Assembly (NCBI GenBank): GCA_036258115.1
Contig: DATAEH010000081.1
Span: 22,411 to 86,410, forward strand
Origin: Streptosporangiaceae bacterium
Lineage (GTDB): Bacteria > Actinomycetota > Actinomycetes > Streptosporangiales > Streptosporangiaceae
DNA length: 64,000 bases
Direction: 5' to 3'
The notes beneath the pieces were generated by a model. That model made no database searches. It had not been told where the DNA came from and saw only the letters and a list, made by a program, of their open reading frames with translations. Below, in pieces: positions 47,329 to 56,497 of this stretch (its first letter is position 1; every line of letters begins with the position of its first letter). A program made the translations under genes and the position numbers.

Positions 47329-47907
47329 ATGACGCTGTCGCTGCCGATCGAGCATGAGGCCAACGAGTTGCTGTCCCGCGACGGGTTCGCGCTGCTGCTG
47401 GCGATGATGCTTGACCAGCAGGTCCCGTTCGAGAAGGCGTTCAACTCGCCTTATCAGCTCGCGCTGCGGCTGGGCCACGAACCGACCGCTCAAGAGATCG
47501 CCGACCTTAATCCGGAGGCGCTCGCCGAGGTCTTCGCCGAGCGCCCGGCCTTGCACAGATTCCCCAGGGCGATGGCGGCGCGGGCGCAAGAACTCGCCAG
47601 GATCGTGACCGACCGCTATGACGGCGACGGCAGAGCCGTATGGGCTACCGCAGCGGACGCGGCCGAGCTGCGGCGCCGGCTGGCTGAGCTGCCCGGGTTC
47701 GGCACCTACAAGGCCCAGATCACGATCGCGCTGCTCGGTAAGCAGCTCGGCATCCAGCCCGCTGGCTGGCGCGAGGAAGCCGGCCACTTCGGCGAGGCCG
47801 GCTCGCATTACTCGGTCGCCGACATCAACGACGACGCCTCGCTCGCAGCGGTCCGGTCCTATAAGAAGGCGATCAAGCAGCGGGCAAAGACCGCTGCCGC
47901 CAGCTAA
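47329..47907 (+). CDS. HhH-GPD-type base excision DNA repair family protein
   Basis: LLLAMMLDQQVPFEKAF...LPGFGTYKAQITIALLGKQLG (helix-hairpin-helix). GGAGGAG precedes the ATG. Confidence 0.8.
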   Translation: MTLSLPIEHEANELLSRDGFALLLAMMLDQQVPFEKAFNSPYQLALRLGHEPTAQEIADLNPEALAEVFAERPALHRFPRAMAARAQELARIVTDRYDGDGRAVWATAADAAELRRRLAELPGFGTYKAQITIALLGKQLGIQPAGWREEAGHFGEAGSHYSVADINDDASLAAVRSYKKAIKQRAKTAAAS

Positions 47908-47948
47908 CAGCGAGACACCGCCGCAGCGCCGCGCCGGCCGGCCGGGTA

Positions 47949-48593
47949 ATGTCGGCGCTCATGTCAGACCATGACGCAGAAGCGGCGCCGGAGACAGCCG
48001 CTGCGATCCGGTCCGCGGGCACGGCACGCGTTCACGTCCTGCAGGACGGCTATGCCCGTGAAGATGAGACCGGGGACCGCGTCGGCAGCACCGTCACGCT
48101 GATCATGGACGGCGACGTCGTGGTCGTCGTCGACCCCGGCATGGTCTCCTCCCGTGCCGACCTGCTCGCAGCGCTAGCTGCGCATGGCGTCGCGCCCGAA
48201 GCGGTGACGGACGTGGTGTTTAGCCACCATCACCCCGACCACACGGTCAACGCCGCGCTCTTCCCGGCCGCGAGAATCCACGACTTCTGGGCCGTATACG
48301 ACGGCGACCTGTGGATCTCGCGCGAGGCTGAAGGCACCGAGCTAAGCCCGTCGATCCGGCTGATCGCCAGTCCAGGGCACACCGACCAGGACATCAGCAC
48401 CGTGGCCTCGACCCCGGACGGTGTTTATGTGTGCACCCACGCCTGGTGGGGCGCGGACGGGCCAGCCGATGACCCGTTCAGTGCCGACCAGCAGGTCTTG
48501 AGCCGAAGCCGGCAGCGCATCCTCGGCATCGCGTCGGTCATCATCCCCGGTCACGGTCCCAGCTTCACCCCGAGCCCGCAAACCCCGCGCTAA
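47949..48593 (+). CDS. MBL-fold metallo-hydrolase
   Basis: VVVDPG...FSHHHPDH...SPGHT...IPGHG metal-ligand pattern. Confidence 0.8.
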   Translation: MSALMSDHDAEAAPETAAAIRSAGTARVHVLQDGYAREDETGDRVGSTVTLIMDGDVVVVVDPGMVSSRADLLAALAAHGVAPEAVTDVVFSHHHPDHTVNAALFPAARIHDFWAVYDGDLWISREAEGTELSPSIRLIASPGHTDQDISTVASTPDGVYVCTHAWWGADGPADDPFSADQQVLSRSRQRILGIASVIIPGHGPSFTPSPQTPR

Positions 48594-48755
48594 TCCCCGG
48601 CCCGCCCTGCTAACGCCAAATACCCGGTATGAAAGGGCCATTCATACTGGAATCTGGTGATGGATGGCCCATCCATACACGGGACAGAGCCCCCGCAGTG
48701 GAAGATTAGTGACGCTTTCGACCGTAGCAACCGATTCCGCGCGCCACGCTGCTGG

Positions 48756-49484
48756 CTAGGCCGTCTCGCCCTTCAGGGCGAACGTGGCGAGCCGGCGGCT
48801 CGCGACGGCAAGGGTGGCGACGCTGACCGCGATCGCCATGATGAGTGCGGTCGTCAGCGTCAGGTGGGCGTTCAGGGCATGCGACTTCGCGATCGAATTC
48901 GCCACGCTGACCGAGTACTGGCCGATCGACAGCACGCGCACCCCGCCGATCAGGTTGCCGAGCAGTCCCTCCCAGACAAGCAGGTAGAGCAGGCCGACCG
49001 CGATCGCCCGCGTGGTGAGCAGCGACAGCATGATGAACAGTGCGTTGTACGCGACAGCCGCGACGAGCGCCCCGGCAAGCAGCCCAAGCGCCAGCTTGCC
49101 GGAGGGTCCCCTGGCAATGGACGCCGCCAGGAACAGGGGAATCGAACCGAAGATGATCGTCAGCAAGGTCGCGGCAATGAACTTCGAGATCACCACGCTG
49201 GTCCTGTGCACCGGGGTGGCGAGAAGGTGGATGATGCTGCCGTCGTCGATCTCGGCGCCCACGACGCTGGTGCCGATGATCAGCGCGGTCAGCGGCAGCA
49301 CGACGGAGAAGCCGAACACGCCGAGGAACTCGGCCGGCCAGACGGGGCTCTTGGCGACGAGCTTCAGCGCCACCGTGATCAGGATCAGCACCAGCGGTAT
49401 CAGCAGGAAGACCAGCGCTCGCTTGCGGCCGAGCGTGGCCCGCAGCGTAATCCGCAGCACGACCGGGTTCAGCAGGCCAGACAC
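48756..49484 (-). CDS. ABC-2 type transporter permease
   Basis: 242 aa with 6 predicted TM helices, last gene of the ABC operon. Confidence 0.75.
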   Translation of the reverse strand: MSGLLNPVVLRITLRATLGRKRALVFLLIPLVLILITVALKLVAKSPVWPAEFLGVFGFSVVLPLTALIIGTSVVGAEIDDGSIIHLLATPVHRTSVVISKFIAATLLTIIFGSIPLFLAASIARGPSGKLALGLLAGALVAAVAYNALFIMLSLLTTRAIAVGLLYLLVWEGLLGNLIGGVRVLSIGQYSVSVANSIAKSHALNAHLTLTTALIMAIAVSVATLAVASRRLATFALKGETA

Positions 49485-49502
49485 GTGCTCATCGCCTCCA
49501 CA

Positions 49503-50414
49503 TCACGCCGAGACCAGGTAGGAGAACACGCTCTCCAGGGACTCGTCAGACGGCAGGACCTCGCGCAGCCTGATGTCGCCGTCGCGGCACAGCGCCGCGA
49601 TTTCCCTGGAGAAGCTGCCGAAGTCCGACGTGCGCACCTGCAGGCCGCGCGGTGTCAGCTCCACGCCGGTCACCGATGGGCGGCCGATCAGCGCTGCGCC
49701 CAGGGCGCGATCCGCTGACGTCCTCACCAGGAACACATGCGGCCTGCTGGTCATCAGCCTCCGGATCGCACGGAAATCGCCGGAGGCGGCCAGCCGTCCG
49801 CCGACTATGACCTGGATGGTGCCTGACATCCGCTCGACCTCTTCGAGGATGTGCGAGCTGAACAGGATCGTCCTGCCTCGTTGGGCCATGTCCTCGAGCA
49901 GGTCCATCATCTGCAGCCGCTGCCGCGGGTCCATTCCGTTGAATGGCTCGTCGAGCAACAGCACCTGCGGGTCGTGAACGAGCGCCGCAGCAACCTTGAT
50001 GCGCTGACGCATGCCCTTGGAGTACGTCGCGATCCTGCGGTCCTGCGCGTCGGCCATGTCCACGATCCCGATCGCGCGCCGCGCGGCGCCGTCGGGGTCG
50101 GGCAGCCGGTGCAGCTTGGCGGTTGAGCGGACGAAGTCGGCGCCGGTCAGGAACGCGTACACCGAGTCACGCTCGGGCACGAGGCCAAGCATTCGGAAGA
50201 CCTCGGGATTGCGCCAGCTTGGCCGGCCGGCGACGGTGAGCTCGCCCCGCGATGGCGCCAGGAATCCGGCCATCAGGTTCAGCAGCGTGGTCTTCCCCGC
50301 GCCATTCGGGCCGAGCAGCCCGGTGATTCCGGGCCCGATCGTCATAGTGACGTCATTGACGGCGACCACGTTGCCGTACCAGCGCGAGACGTTCCGCAGG
50401 TCGATGGCGCTCAT
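49503..50414 (-). CDS. ABC transporter ATP-binding protein
   Basis: GPNGAGKTTLLNLMAG (Walker A), YSKGMRQRIKVAAAL (signature), VLLLDEPFNGMD (Walker B) and a DUF4162-like C-terminus. The ATG at 50414 overlaps the upstream stop (ATGA). Confidence 0.9.
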   Translation of the reverse strand: MSAIDLRNVSRWYGNVVAVNDVTMTIGPGITGLLGPNGAGKTTLLNLMAGFLAPSRGELTVAGRPSWRNPEVFRMLGLVPERDSVYAFLTGADFVRSTAKLHRLPDPDGAARRAIGIVDMADAQDRRIATYSKGMRQRIKVAAALVHDPQVLLLDEPFNGMDPRQRLQMMDLLEDMAQRGRTILFSSHILEEVERMSGTIQVIVGGRLAASGDFRAIRRLMTSRPHVFLVRTSADRALGAALIGRPSVTGVELTPRGLQVRTSDFGSFSREIAALCRDGDIRLREVLPSDESLESVFSYLVSA

Positions 50415-51385
50415 GCGACGCTCACACTGGCGTACCTGCGCACGAGGAGTGCAATGCTGACCCCGACGAGCAGCAGCAAGATGATGCCGTAGGCGATGCC
50501 ATAACCATCTGGCGCAGCCACGATCCCCTGACTGGTGCCGCCAAGCCACTGCCTGACCCCGTCGAGCACGGTGAAAGGGCTGATCAGCCCGAACAAATGC
50601 GCCGCGGCTGACACGTGCTCGGCCGACGCCGCCGCGCCGGCGGCAACATGGGCGCCGGGCCCCGGCGGGCCAGCCGTGGCACCGATCTTGGTCAGCACGT
50701 TCTCGAGCGTCCAGGTCATGAAGAAGAAGATCGCGACCGAGCCGGTCGAGAAGGCTCGCCGGCCGCTTACGCATGCGAGCACGAGCGCCAGGGCGGCAAG
50801 GACCGCCGCCCACATCAGCCCGTCCAGCAGCCCGGGAATCAGTGCCCTGGTCTGTGCCCATACGGCTGCGCCGCTGTGCACCTGCAGGATTGTCCCGACG
50901 TACAGAAGCAGGACCGGGATGTCGATCATTGCCAGGCATGCGAGCGTGAACGCCGCGTATTTGGCCAGCGGGTAGTCCTGCCGACGGATGGGCCTGGCGA
51001 AGTACAACGGCAGGACCCGGCTGCGCAGGTCGCGGGACACGAGTTCGGGCGCCTGGGCGGCCAGGAACACGAGCACGACGAGCACGCGCAGGTTCCCCGC
51101 GTACGTGTCGTAGTCGACCACCCTGGTGTGCTGCTGGCCGAGCGCCATGATGACGGCGTTGATCACGGCGGGCGCGCACATGATCGCGAAGGTAAGCACC
51201 GGCACGATCTTGGCCTTCGCGCCGCGCCCGAAGCCAAACGCCGAGCGGAGGCTCTGCAGGCATAGCGCCAGCGCGATCTGGCCGCGGCTGAGCCGCGGCC
51301 CGTCGTAGGTCTGGTAGCCAATGTCGTGAATGACGCCAGCGCCCGGCGCCACCAGGCCTCCGCGGGCGCTGCTGTCAGCAGCCAT
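50411..51385 (-). CDS. ABC-2-like integral membrane permease
   Basis: 324 aa. The N-terminus reads IHDIGYQTYDGPRLSRG, followed by about 6 TM helices. Confidence 0.7.
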   Translation of the reverse strand: MAADSSARGGLVAPGAGVIHDIGYQTYDGPRLSRGQIALALCLQSLRSAFGFGRGAKAKIVPVLTFAIMCAPAVINAVIMALGQQHTRVVDYDTYAGNLRVLVVLVFLAAQAPELVSRDLRSRVLPLYFARPIRRQDYPLAKYAAFTLACLAMIDIPVLLLYVGTILQVHSGAAVWAQTRALIPGLLDGLMWAAVLAALALVLACVSGRRAFSTGSVAIFFFMTWTLENVLTKIGATAGPPGPGAHVAAGAAASAEHVSAAAHLFGLISPFTVLDGVRQWLGGTSQGIVAAPDGYGIAYGIILLLLVGVSIALLVRRYASVSVA

Positions 51386-52319
51386 CGACCGCTCCCGCCA
51401 GCCGGCCGGCCAGTTCGCCGGAATCCCTGAACAGCTCCTCCACCCGGTGCCTGCGCTGCTCCATCCGGGTCAGCGGCAGGCCGAGCCCGGCGACCGCGTC
51501 CCTGACGATGTCGAAGGTGCGCTCGCCGGTGATCAGGACAAGCAGCTCGCGGCCGCCGCCGACGGGTTCGAGGCCCCGCCTGGCAAGCTCGGCTGCAAGC
51601 AGGTCAGCGCCCTCGTCGACCTCGATCGCCAGTACCTGGCTGGCCTGGGTGAACGAGCTGATAGTGGCAGAGCGGAGCAATCGGCCCGCGTCAATGGCGA
51701 TCAGGTGATCGCAGATCTGCTCGATCTCACCGAGCAGGTGCGAAGCGACAATGACCGAGATACCGAAGTCGCCGCCAATCCGGCTGATCAGATCCAGCAT
51801 GGCCGTCCGCCCCGCCGGATCCAGGCCGTTGGTCGGCTCGTCCAGGAGCAGCAGCCTCGGATCGCCGACGAGGGCCTGCGCGAGCTTGACCCGCTGCTTC
51901 ATGCCGGTTGAGTAGGTGCCAATCTGCCTGTAGCGCTCCTCGTACAGGCCGACGTGCCGGAGCGACTCGGCCGCCCGTTCCTTAGCCGCTGTTGGCGGCA
52001 CCCCCGACATCCGCCCCATGTGCGTGACGAATTCGGTGGCGGTTACGTCCTGCGGCAGGCAGTCGTGCTCGGGCATGTAACCGGTCAGCGCCCGGATCTC
52101 TTCGCCGTGGCCAGACGTGTCAAGGCCGAGCACCCGCGCGCTCCCGCTGGTCGGCCTCAGCAGCCCGAGCAGGATCTTGATCAGCGTCGACTTACCGGCC
52201 CCGTTCGCGCCCACCAGGCCGGTTATGCCTGGCCCTACGGCCATCGTCAGGTCGTCGAGCGCCGTGATTGGCCCGAATCGCCTGGTCAGCGCCGCCGTAG
52301 CGATCACCGGTACGGCCAT
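51375..52319 (-). CDS. ABC transporter ATP-binding protein
   Basis: GANGAGKSTLIKILLG, YSTGMKQRVKLAQAL and LLLLDEPTNGLD. The ATG at 52319 is preferred; the ORF stays open to 52529. Confidence 0.85.
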   Translation of the reverse strand: MAVPVIATAALTRRFGPITALDDLTMAVGPGITGLVGANGAGKSTLIKILLGLLRPTSGSARVLGLDTSGHGEEIRALTGYMPEHDCLPQDVTATEFVTHMGRMSGVPPTAAKERAAESLRHVGLYEERYRQIGTYSTGMKQRVKLAQALVGDPRLLLLDEPTNGLDPAGRTAMLDLISRIGGDFGISVIVASHLLGEIEQICDHLIAIDAGRLLRSATISSFTQASQVLAIEVDEGADLLAAELARRGLEPVGGGRELLVLITGERTFDIVRDAVAGLGLPLTRMEQRRHRVEELFRDSGELAGRLAGAVDGC

Positions 52320-52584
52320 GCCTGCCTGGCCTGCGGCAGTCGCCTGCGGGCGCTCGTCACTTGCTGGGTCCGCGGTCACCGGAGTGCGGCCATCCTTTCG
52401 CGCGTGGATCGGGCGGTACCAACCATGGCGCGCGGCAGCGGCGCTGTCATCACCCGCCAGGCTGATTCCGGCTACATCTGCGGTAGCACCCTGCCAGCCG
52501 GCCGCGTTCCCCATGACCGCATCGAGCACCCCATGACCGGCGGCGACATCTCAGCGGGGCGCTGGCGATTATGATTTGCGCGGT

Positions 52585-53475
52585 ATGCCGGACCGATTGA
52601 CCTCCCGCGCCGTGATGGCCGTGCTGCTCCTGCTGCTCACCATCGCGGGAATCCGCGCGGCCGGGCCGGCCCTCACGATCAAGACGCCCGCCATGCCCGT
52701 TGCGCTCGGGATCGGTGCCGCGCTCGAAGCCGTTCTCGCTGTCCTGCTGATCGCGCTGCGCTGGCGACCGCGCGTGACCGCCGGTCCTGCGGCCAGGCTG
52801 AGGTTGCTGCTCACCGGCATGCTTGTGACGGGCCTGATTGCGATACCCGCGGCGGTGCTGATCGCTGTCCTCGCCCACATCCACCCTCGCCGGCGGCGAC
52901 AGCGCCCGCACCAGAACCCCGGCGGTCGTTCCGGCAAGCTGCACCTGCGCGACCATGGCCACGCCGCGATCAGCGCCGACTACATCCGGTACGCGCTCAT
53001 CGCGCTGCTGGTCGCGGCGATCATGATCGCGGCCATCGCGATCTGGCGGCGGCGCCGCCTCTGGTTGCTGTCGGCCACTAGCCCGCTCGCGGAGGACGAG
53101 GACACCGACACGCCGGCCGAGCTCGCCCGCGCCGTTGACTCGGGTCGCCTCGCGCTGCGTGAGCTGGATGACGCGAGGGCCGCCATCATCGGCTGCTATC
53201 TGGCCATGGAGGCGTCGCTCGCCGAGGCGGGAGCTACCAGGGCCGCAGCGGAAACGCCGGACGAGCTGCTGGAAAGGGCGGTCGGGGCTGGTCTGGTGGA
53301 CGCCGCTCCGGCTGGTCGGCTGACCGCGCTGTTCTACGAGGCGCGGTTCTCTACGCATCCGATGGCGCAGGCCCGGCGGGACGAAGCCGAGCGAGCGCTG
53401 TCAGACCTGGCGGCGTCGCTGACTCCGCTCGACGAGGCTACGGCCACCGTCGCGCCGGCGGAAGGCCGGCAATGA
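52585..53475 (+). CDS. DUF4129 domain-containing membrane protein
   Basis: About four TM helices, then AAIIGCYLAMEASLAEAG...ETPDELLERA...LTALFYEARFS, typical of DUF4129. A TTG at 52576 is an alternative start. Confidence 0.7.
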   Translation: MPDRLTSRAVMAVLLLLLTIAGIRAAGPALTIKTPAMPVALGIGAALEAVLAVLLIALRWRPRVTAGPAARLRLLLTGMLVTGLIAIPAAVLIAVLAHIHPRRRRQRPHQNPGGRSGKLHLRDHGHAAISADYIRYALIALLVAAIMIAAIAIWRRRRLWLLSATSPLAEDEDTDTPAELARAVDSGRLALRELDDARAAIIGCYLAMEASLAEAGATRAAAETPDELLERAVGAGLVDAAPAGRLTALFYEARFSTHPMAQARRDEAERALSDLAASLTPLDEATATVAPAEGRQ

Positions 53476-54041
53476 GTCAGAGAACCCAGCCTGCACCGTC
53501 TCCCGCCACCGGACCTGGCACCGGCTGGCGCGGAGCACGCAAGGAAATCACGATCGCGGCGCTATTCGTCGTCTCGGTTACGGTGGCAGCCTGGGCGTTC
53601 GACGGCCCCGCGGCAGCCGGATTCGCCGCGGTCGCCTGCGCGGCGCTCAGCCTGACCGGGCTGCGAGCGCTGATCGAGCCGCACGAGCCACCCCCCGCCG
53701 CTCATGTTTCGCAAGAGACCGGCCCGTCCCTGATCTTCTTCGGCTTCTGGCGCACGCGTTCTGACCTGAGCGATGCCATCAGATCGCTCAGCGCCTGGGA
53801 CAACGCGCTTCGCCCGCGGCTGGCGAACCTGCTCGCAGCGCGGCTTGCCGAGCGGCACGGGATCAGCCTGTCCGAGGATCCCGATGCGGCAAGGAAGCTG
53901 CTGACCGACGGCAAGCAGGGCCGCAGCGACCTATGGGCCTGGATCGACCCACAGCGGCAGACCCCACCGGATGCCGGAACGCGGCCCGGCATCCCTGCCA
54001 GCGTCCTCACCGCCCTGATAGAACGACTGGAGCGACTGTGA
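53472..54041 (+). CDS. hypothetical two-TM membrane protein
   Basis: 189 aa. Its ATG overlaps the upstream stop (ATGA) and its stop overlaps the next gene's GTG (GTGA). Confidence 0.55.
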   Translation: MSQRTQPAPSPATGPGTGWRGARKEITIAALFVVSVTVAAWAFDGPAAAGFAAVACAALSLTGLRALIEPHEPPPAAHVSQETGPSLIFFGFWRTRSDLSDAIRSLSAWDNALRPRLANLLAARLAERHGISLSEDPDAARKLLTDGKQGRSDLWAWIDPQRQTPPDAGTRPGIPASVLTALIERLERL

Positions 54042-56497
54042 CCGACCCGACCGGACCGAACACGCCAGGCAGTGACCTGATGCCAGGCGAGGCAATGCCC
54101 GCGGACCTGGCGCGCGCCGATCTGATGCCGGCTGCCCTCACGCCAGCCGAGACAGCCGAGCGGTGCGTCGCGGTGCTCGCCGAACTCGAACGGGCGATCA
54201 TCGGCCAGCGTGCCGCGCTTGAACTGGTCCTGACCGGGATCCTCGCGGGCAGCCACATCCTGCTCGAAGACCTCCCTGGCCTGGGCAAGACCCTGACCGC
54301 GCGCTCGTTCGCCAGGGTGCTCGGCCTTGACTTCACCAGAATCCAGTTCACCCCTGACCTGCTACCGTCCGACGTCGTCGGCGCGCCGCTATACGACCAG
54401 CGCAGCGGCGAAATGGTCTTCAGGCCCGGACCGGTCTTCACCCAGTTGCTGCTCGCCGATGAGATCAACAGGACGCCGCCGAAGACCCAGGCAGCCCTGC
54501 TCGAGGCCATGGGCGAGAGCCAGGTCAGCATGGACGGCCAGACCAGGCAGCTGCCCAGTCCGTTCATCGTGCTCGCGACGGCCAACCCGATCGAGTATGA
54601 GGGCACCTATGACCTGCCAGAGGCGCAACTGGACCGCTTCGGGATGCGACTCCGCTTCGGCTACCTGAGCGGCGCGGACGAGGTCGCGATGCTGCAGCGC
54701 CGGCTGGATCGTGCGGCTGACCAGGTCGATCTCAAGGCCGTCACAGGGCCATCCGAGCTGATCGCGATGCGGCGCTCGCTCGAGCAGATCGAAGTATCGG
54801 CCGACCTGCTCGAGTACGTAGTCGCGCTGATCGGCGCGACCCGAACGAACCAGCAGGTCCAGGTCGGCGCCAGCCCGCGCGGCGCCCTCTTCCTGGTCCA
54901 GCTAGCCAGGGGCCAGGCGGTCCTGCGCGGCCGCGACTACGTCATCCCTGACGACATCAAGGCTGTCGGCGTCCCTGCGCTCGCGCACCGGATCACGCTG
55001 CGGCCTGAGCTCTGGGTACGCAAGGTGAGCCCGGAGGACGTGATCACCAGGATCCTGACCAGCGTTCCCGTGCCACGCACCGACCCGCTGCCCCTGTTAT
55101 CCGCTAATGACCGTGTCACCGCCGCCGCCTCCACCACTGCACCGGTGCTGGGGTCATCGCGCCACCAAGAGTTCAGCGGGTGGTTCAGAACGAGCTTTCG
55201 CGAGAACAGGACGCTGGTGCTGACCGCCGGCCCGCAGCGCTCGGTCCCGGTCACATGGCGGCTTTCGGGCCTGGCCAGGAGCCTGGTCACGCTCGCGCTC
55301 ACCGCTCTCGTCCTCGCCGTGATCACCAGGAGGCCAGAGTTCGCTGGCATTGCCGCGCCGGCATTGTTGCTGTTGACGCCGCGGCAGCCGAACATGCCAA
55401 CCGCCGTGGCCGTGACGCTCGCGGCCTCTGCCGCCCAGGTGACCGAGACCGAGCCGGCGACGGTGCTAGTGAAGATCACCGGACATGGCGACGCCACGCT
55501 GCAGGTCGGCCTGCGCCCGGCGGCATGGATCACCGCGGGGACGCCTACGGTCGGGGACGACGGCTGGTACCGGCTGCCGTTCCGCCCTGGACGCTGGGGC
55601 CTTCGCGCGGTCGGCGGGATCGAGGTGATCCTGCGTGACCGCTGGAGGCTGGCCGAGGGCACGCTATCCATCGAACTGCCGCCGGTGACGTGCCTGCCGC
55701 TGCCAGCGCGTCTGGAGTCGCTGGTCGTGCTGAGCAAGCTGCCGGTCCGGCTCGGCGAGCACGCGGCGAGGGCGGCCGGCGAAGGCGTCGAGTTCGCCGG
55801 CGTCCGCGAGTTCGTGCCAGGCGATCGGCAGCGCAGGATCAACTGGCCGGCCACGACCCGCAGGGGCACGCTCCAGCTGAACACCTTCGCGGCCGAGCGG
55901 GCCCAGGTGACAGTGATCCTGATGGACGTCAGCTCCGATGTCGGCACCGTCGGCATGAGCACGTCCGACCTCGCCGTTCGCGCCACGGCCGGGATCGCGG
56001 CCGCATACCTCGCAGCCAGGGACCGGGTTGGCCTGATCAGCTTCGGACGGCAGGTGCGGTGGATCACACCCGCGCCAGGCCGGCGCCAGGCCGACCGGAT
56101 CATGACCATGATCGCCGTCGATCACGGCGACGGCGAGCCGCTCGCCGCAGTGACCCGGCTGCCGAACGCTGCCCTGCCGCCCGGCGCTCTGATCGTCGTG
56201 GTCAGCCCGCTGCTCAGCCTGCGGCTCGTCGAGGCGCTGCGGGAGCTGCGGGAGCGCGGATTCGCGACGATCGTCCTCGACGTCCTGTGCGCGGAACCCG
56301 ATATCGGAACCGCGCGGATCGGCAGCCGCGACCGGGCAATGGCCATGATGGCGCGCCGGGTCTGGCGCATGGAACAAGAGGCGATCAGGTTCTCACTGCG
56401 CGAACTCGGCATCCCGGTGACGACCTGGGACGGACGCGCCAGCCTCGACGAGCCGTTCGCTCCGTACAGCAGGCGGGCCATGGTGAACCGCGGATGA
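54038..56497 (+). CDS. MoxR-family AAA+ ATPase fused in frame to a DUF58 domain protein
   Basis: The N-terminal part has LPGLGKT (Walker A), LLLADEINR (Walker B), LATANPIEYEGTYDLPEAQLDRF and a MoxR lid. It is followed by a linker, hydrophobic helices (LVTLALTALVLAVI, FAGIAAPALLLL) and the DUF58 signature GEGVEFAGVREFVPGDRQRRINWPATTRRG...VILMDVS. No stop codon separates the two parts. Confidence 0.8.
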   Translation: MTDPTGPNTPGSDLMPGEAMPADLARADLMPAALTPAETAERCVAVLAELERAIIGQRAALELVLTGILAGSHILLEDLPGLGKTLTARSFARVLGLDFTRIQFTPDLLPSDVVGAPLYDQRSGEMVFRPGPVFTQLLLADEINRTPPKTQAALLEAMGESQVSMDGQTRQLPSPFIVLATANPIEYEGTYDLPEAQLDRFGMRLRFGYLSGADEVAMLQRRLDRAADQVDLKAVTGPSELIAMRRSLEQIEVSADLLEYVVALIGATRTNQQVQVGASPRGALFLVQLARGQAVLRGRDYVIPDDIKAVGVPALAHRITLRPELWVRKVSPEDVITRILTSVPVPRTDPLPLLSANDRVTAAASTTAPVLGSSRHQEFSGWFRTSFRENRTLVLTAGPQRSVPVTWRLSGLARSLVTLALTALVLAVITRRPEFAGIAAPALLLLTPRQPNMPTAVAVTLAASAAQVTETEPATVLVKITGHGDATLQVGLRPAAWITAGTPTVGDDGWYRLPFRPGRWGLRAVGGIEVILRDRWRLAEGTLSIELPPVTCLPLPARLESLVVLSKLPVRLGEHAARAAGEGVEFAGVREFVPGDRQRRINWPATTRRGTLQLNTFAAERAQVTVILMDVSSDVGTVGMSTSDLAVRATAGIAAAYLAARDRVGLISFGRQVRWITPAPGRRQADRIMTMIAVDHGDGEPLAAVTRLPNAALPPGALIVVVSPLLSLRLVEALRELRERGFATIVLDVLCAEPDIGTARIGSRDRAMAMMARRVWRMEQEAIRFSLRELGIPVTTWDGRASLDEPFAPYSRRAMVNRG

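Noticed and set aside
50415-51263. Upstream extension of ORF 49503..51263 (586 aa)
   Set aside because: It is an alternative frame inside the 324-aa permease gene. The ABC ATPase begins at the ATG at 50414, which overlaps the permease stop.
55690-56493. Upstream part of ORF 55690..57045 (451 aa)
   Set aside because: It is an Arg/Pro-rich alternative frame inside the DUF58 portion. The membrane protein starts at the ATG at 56494.
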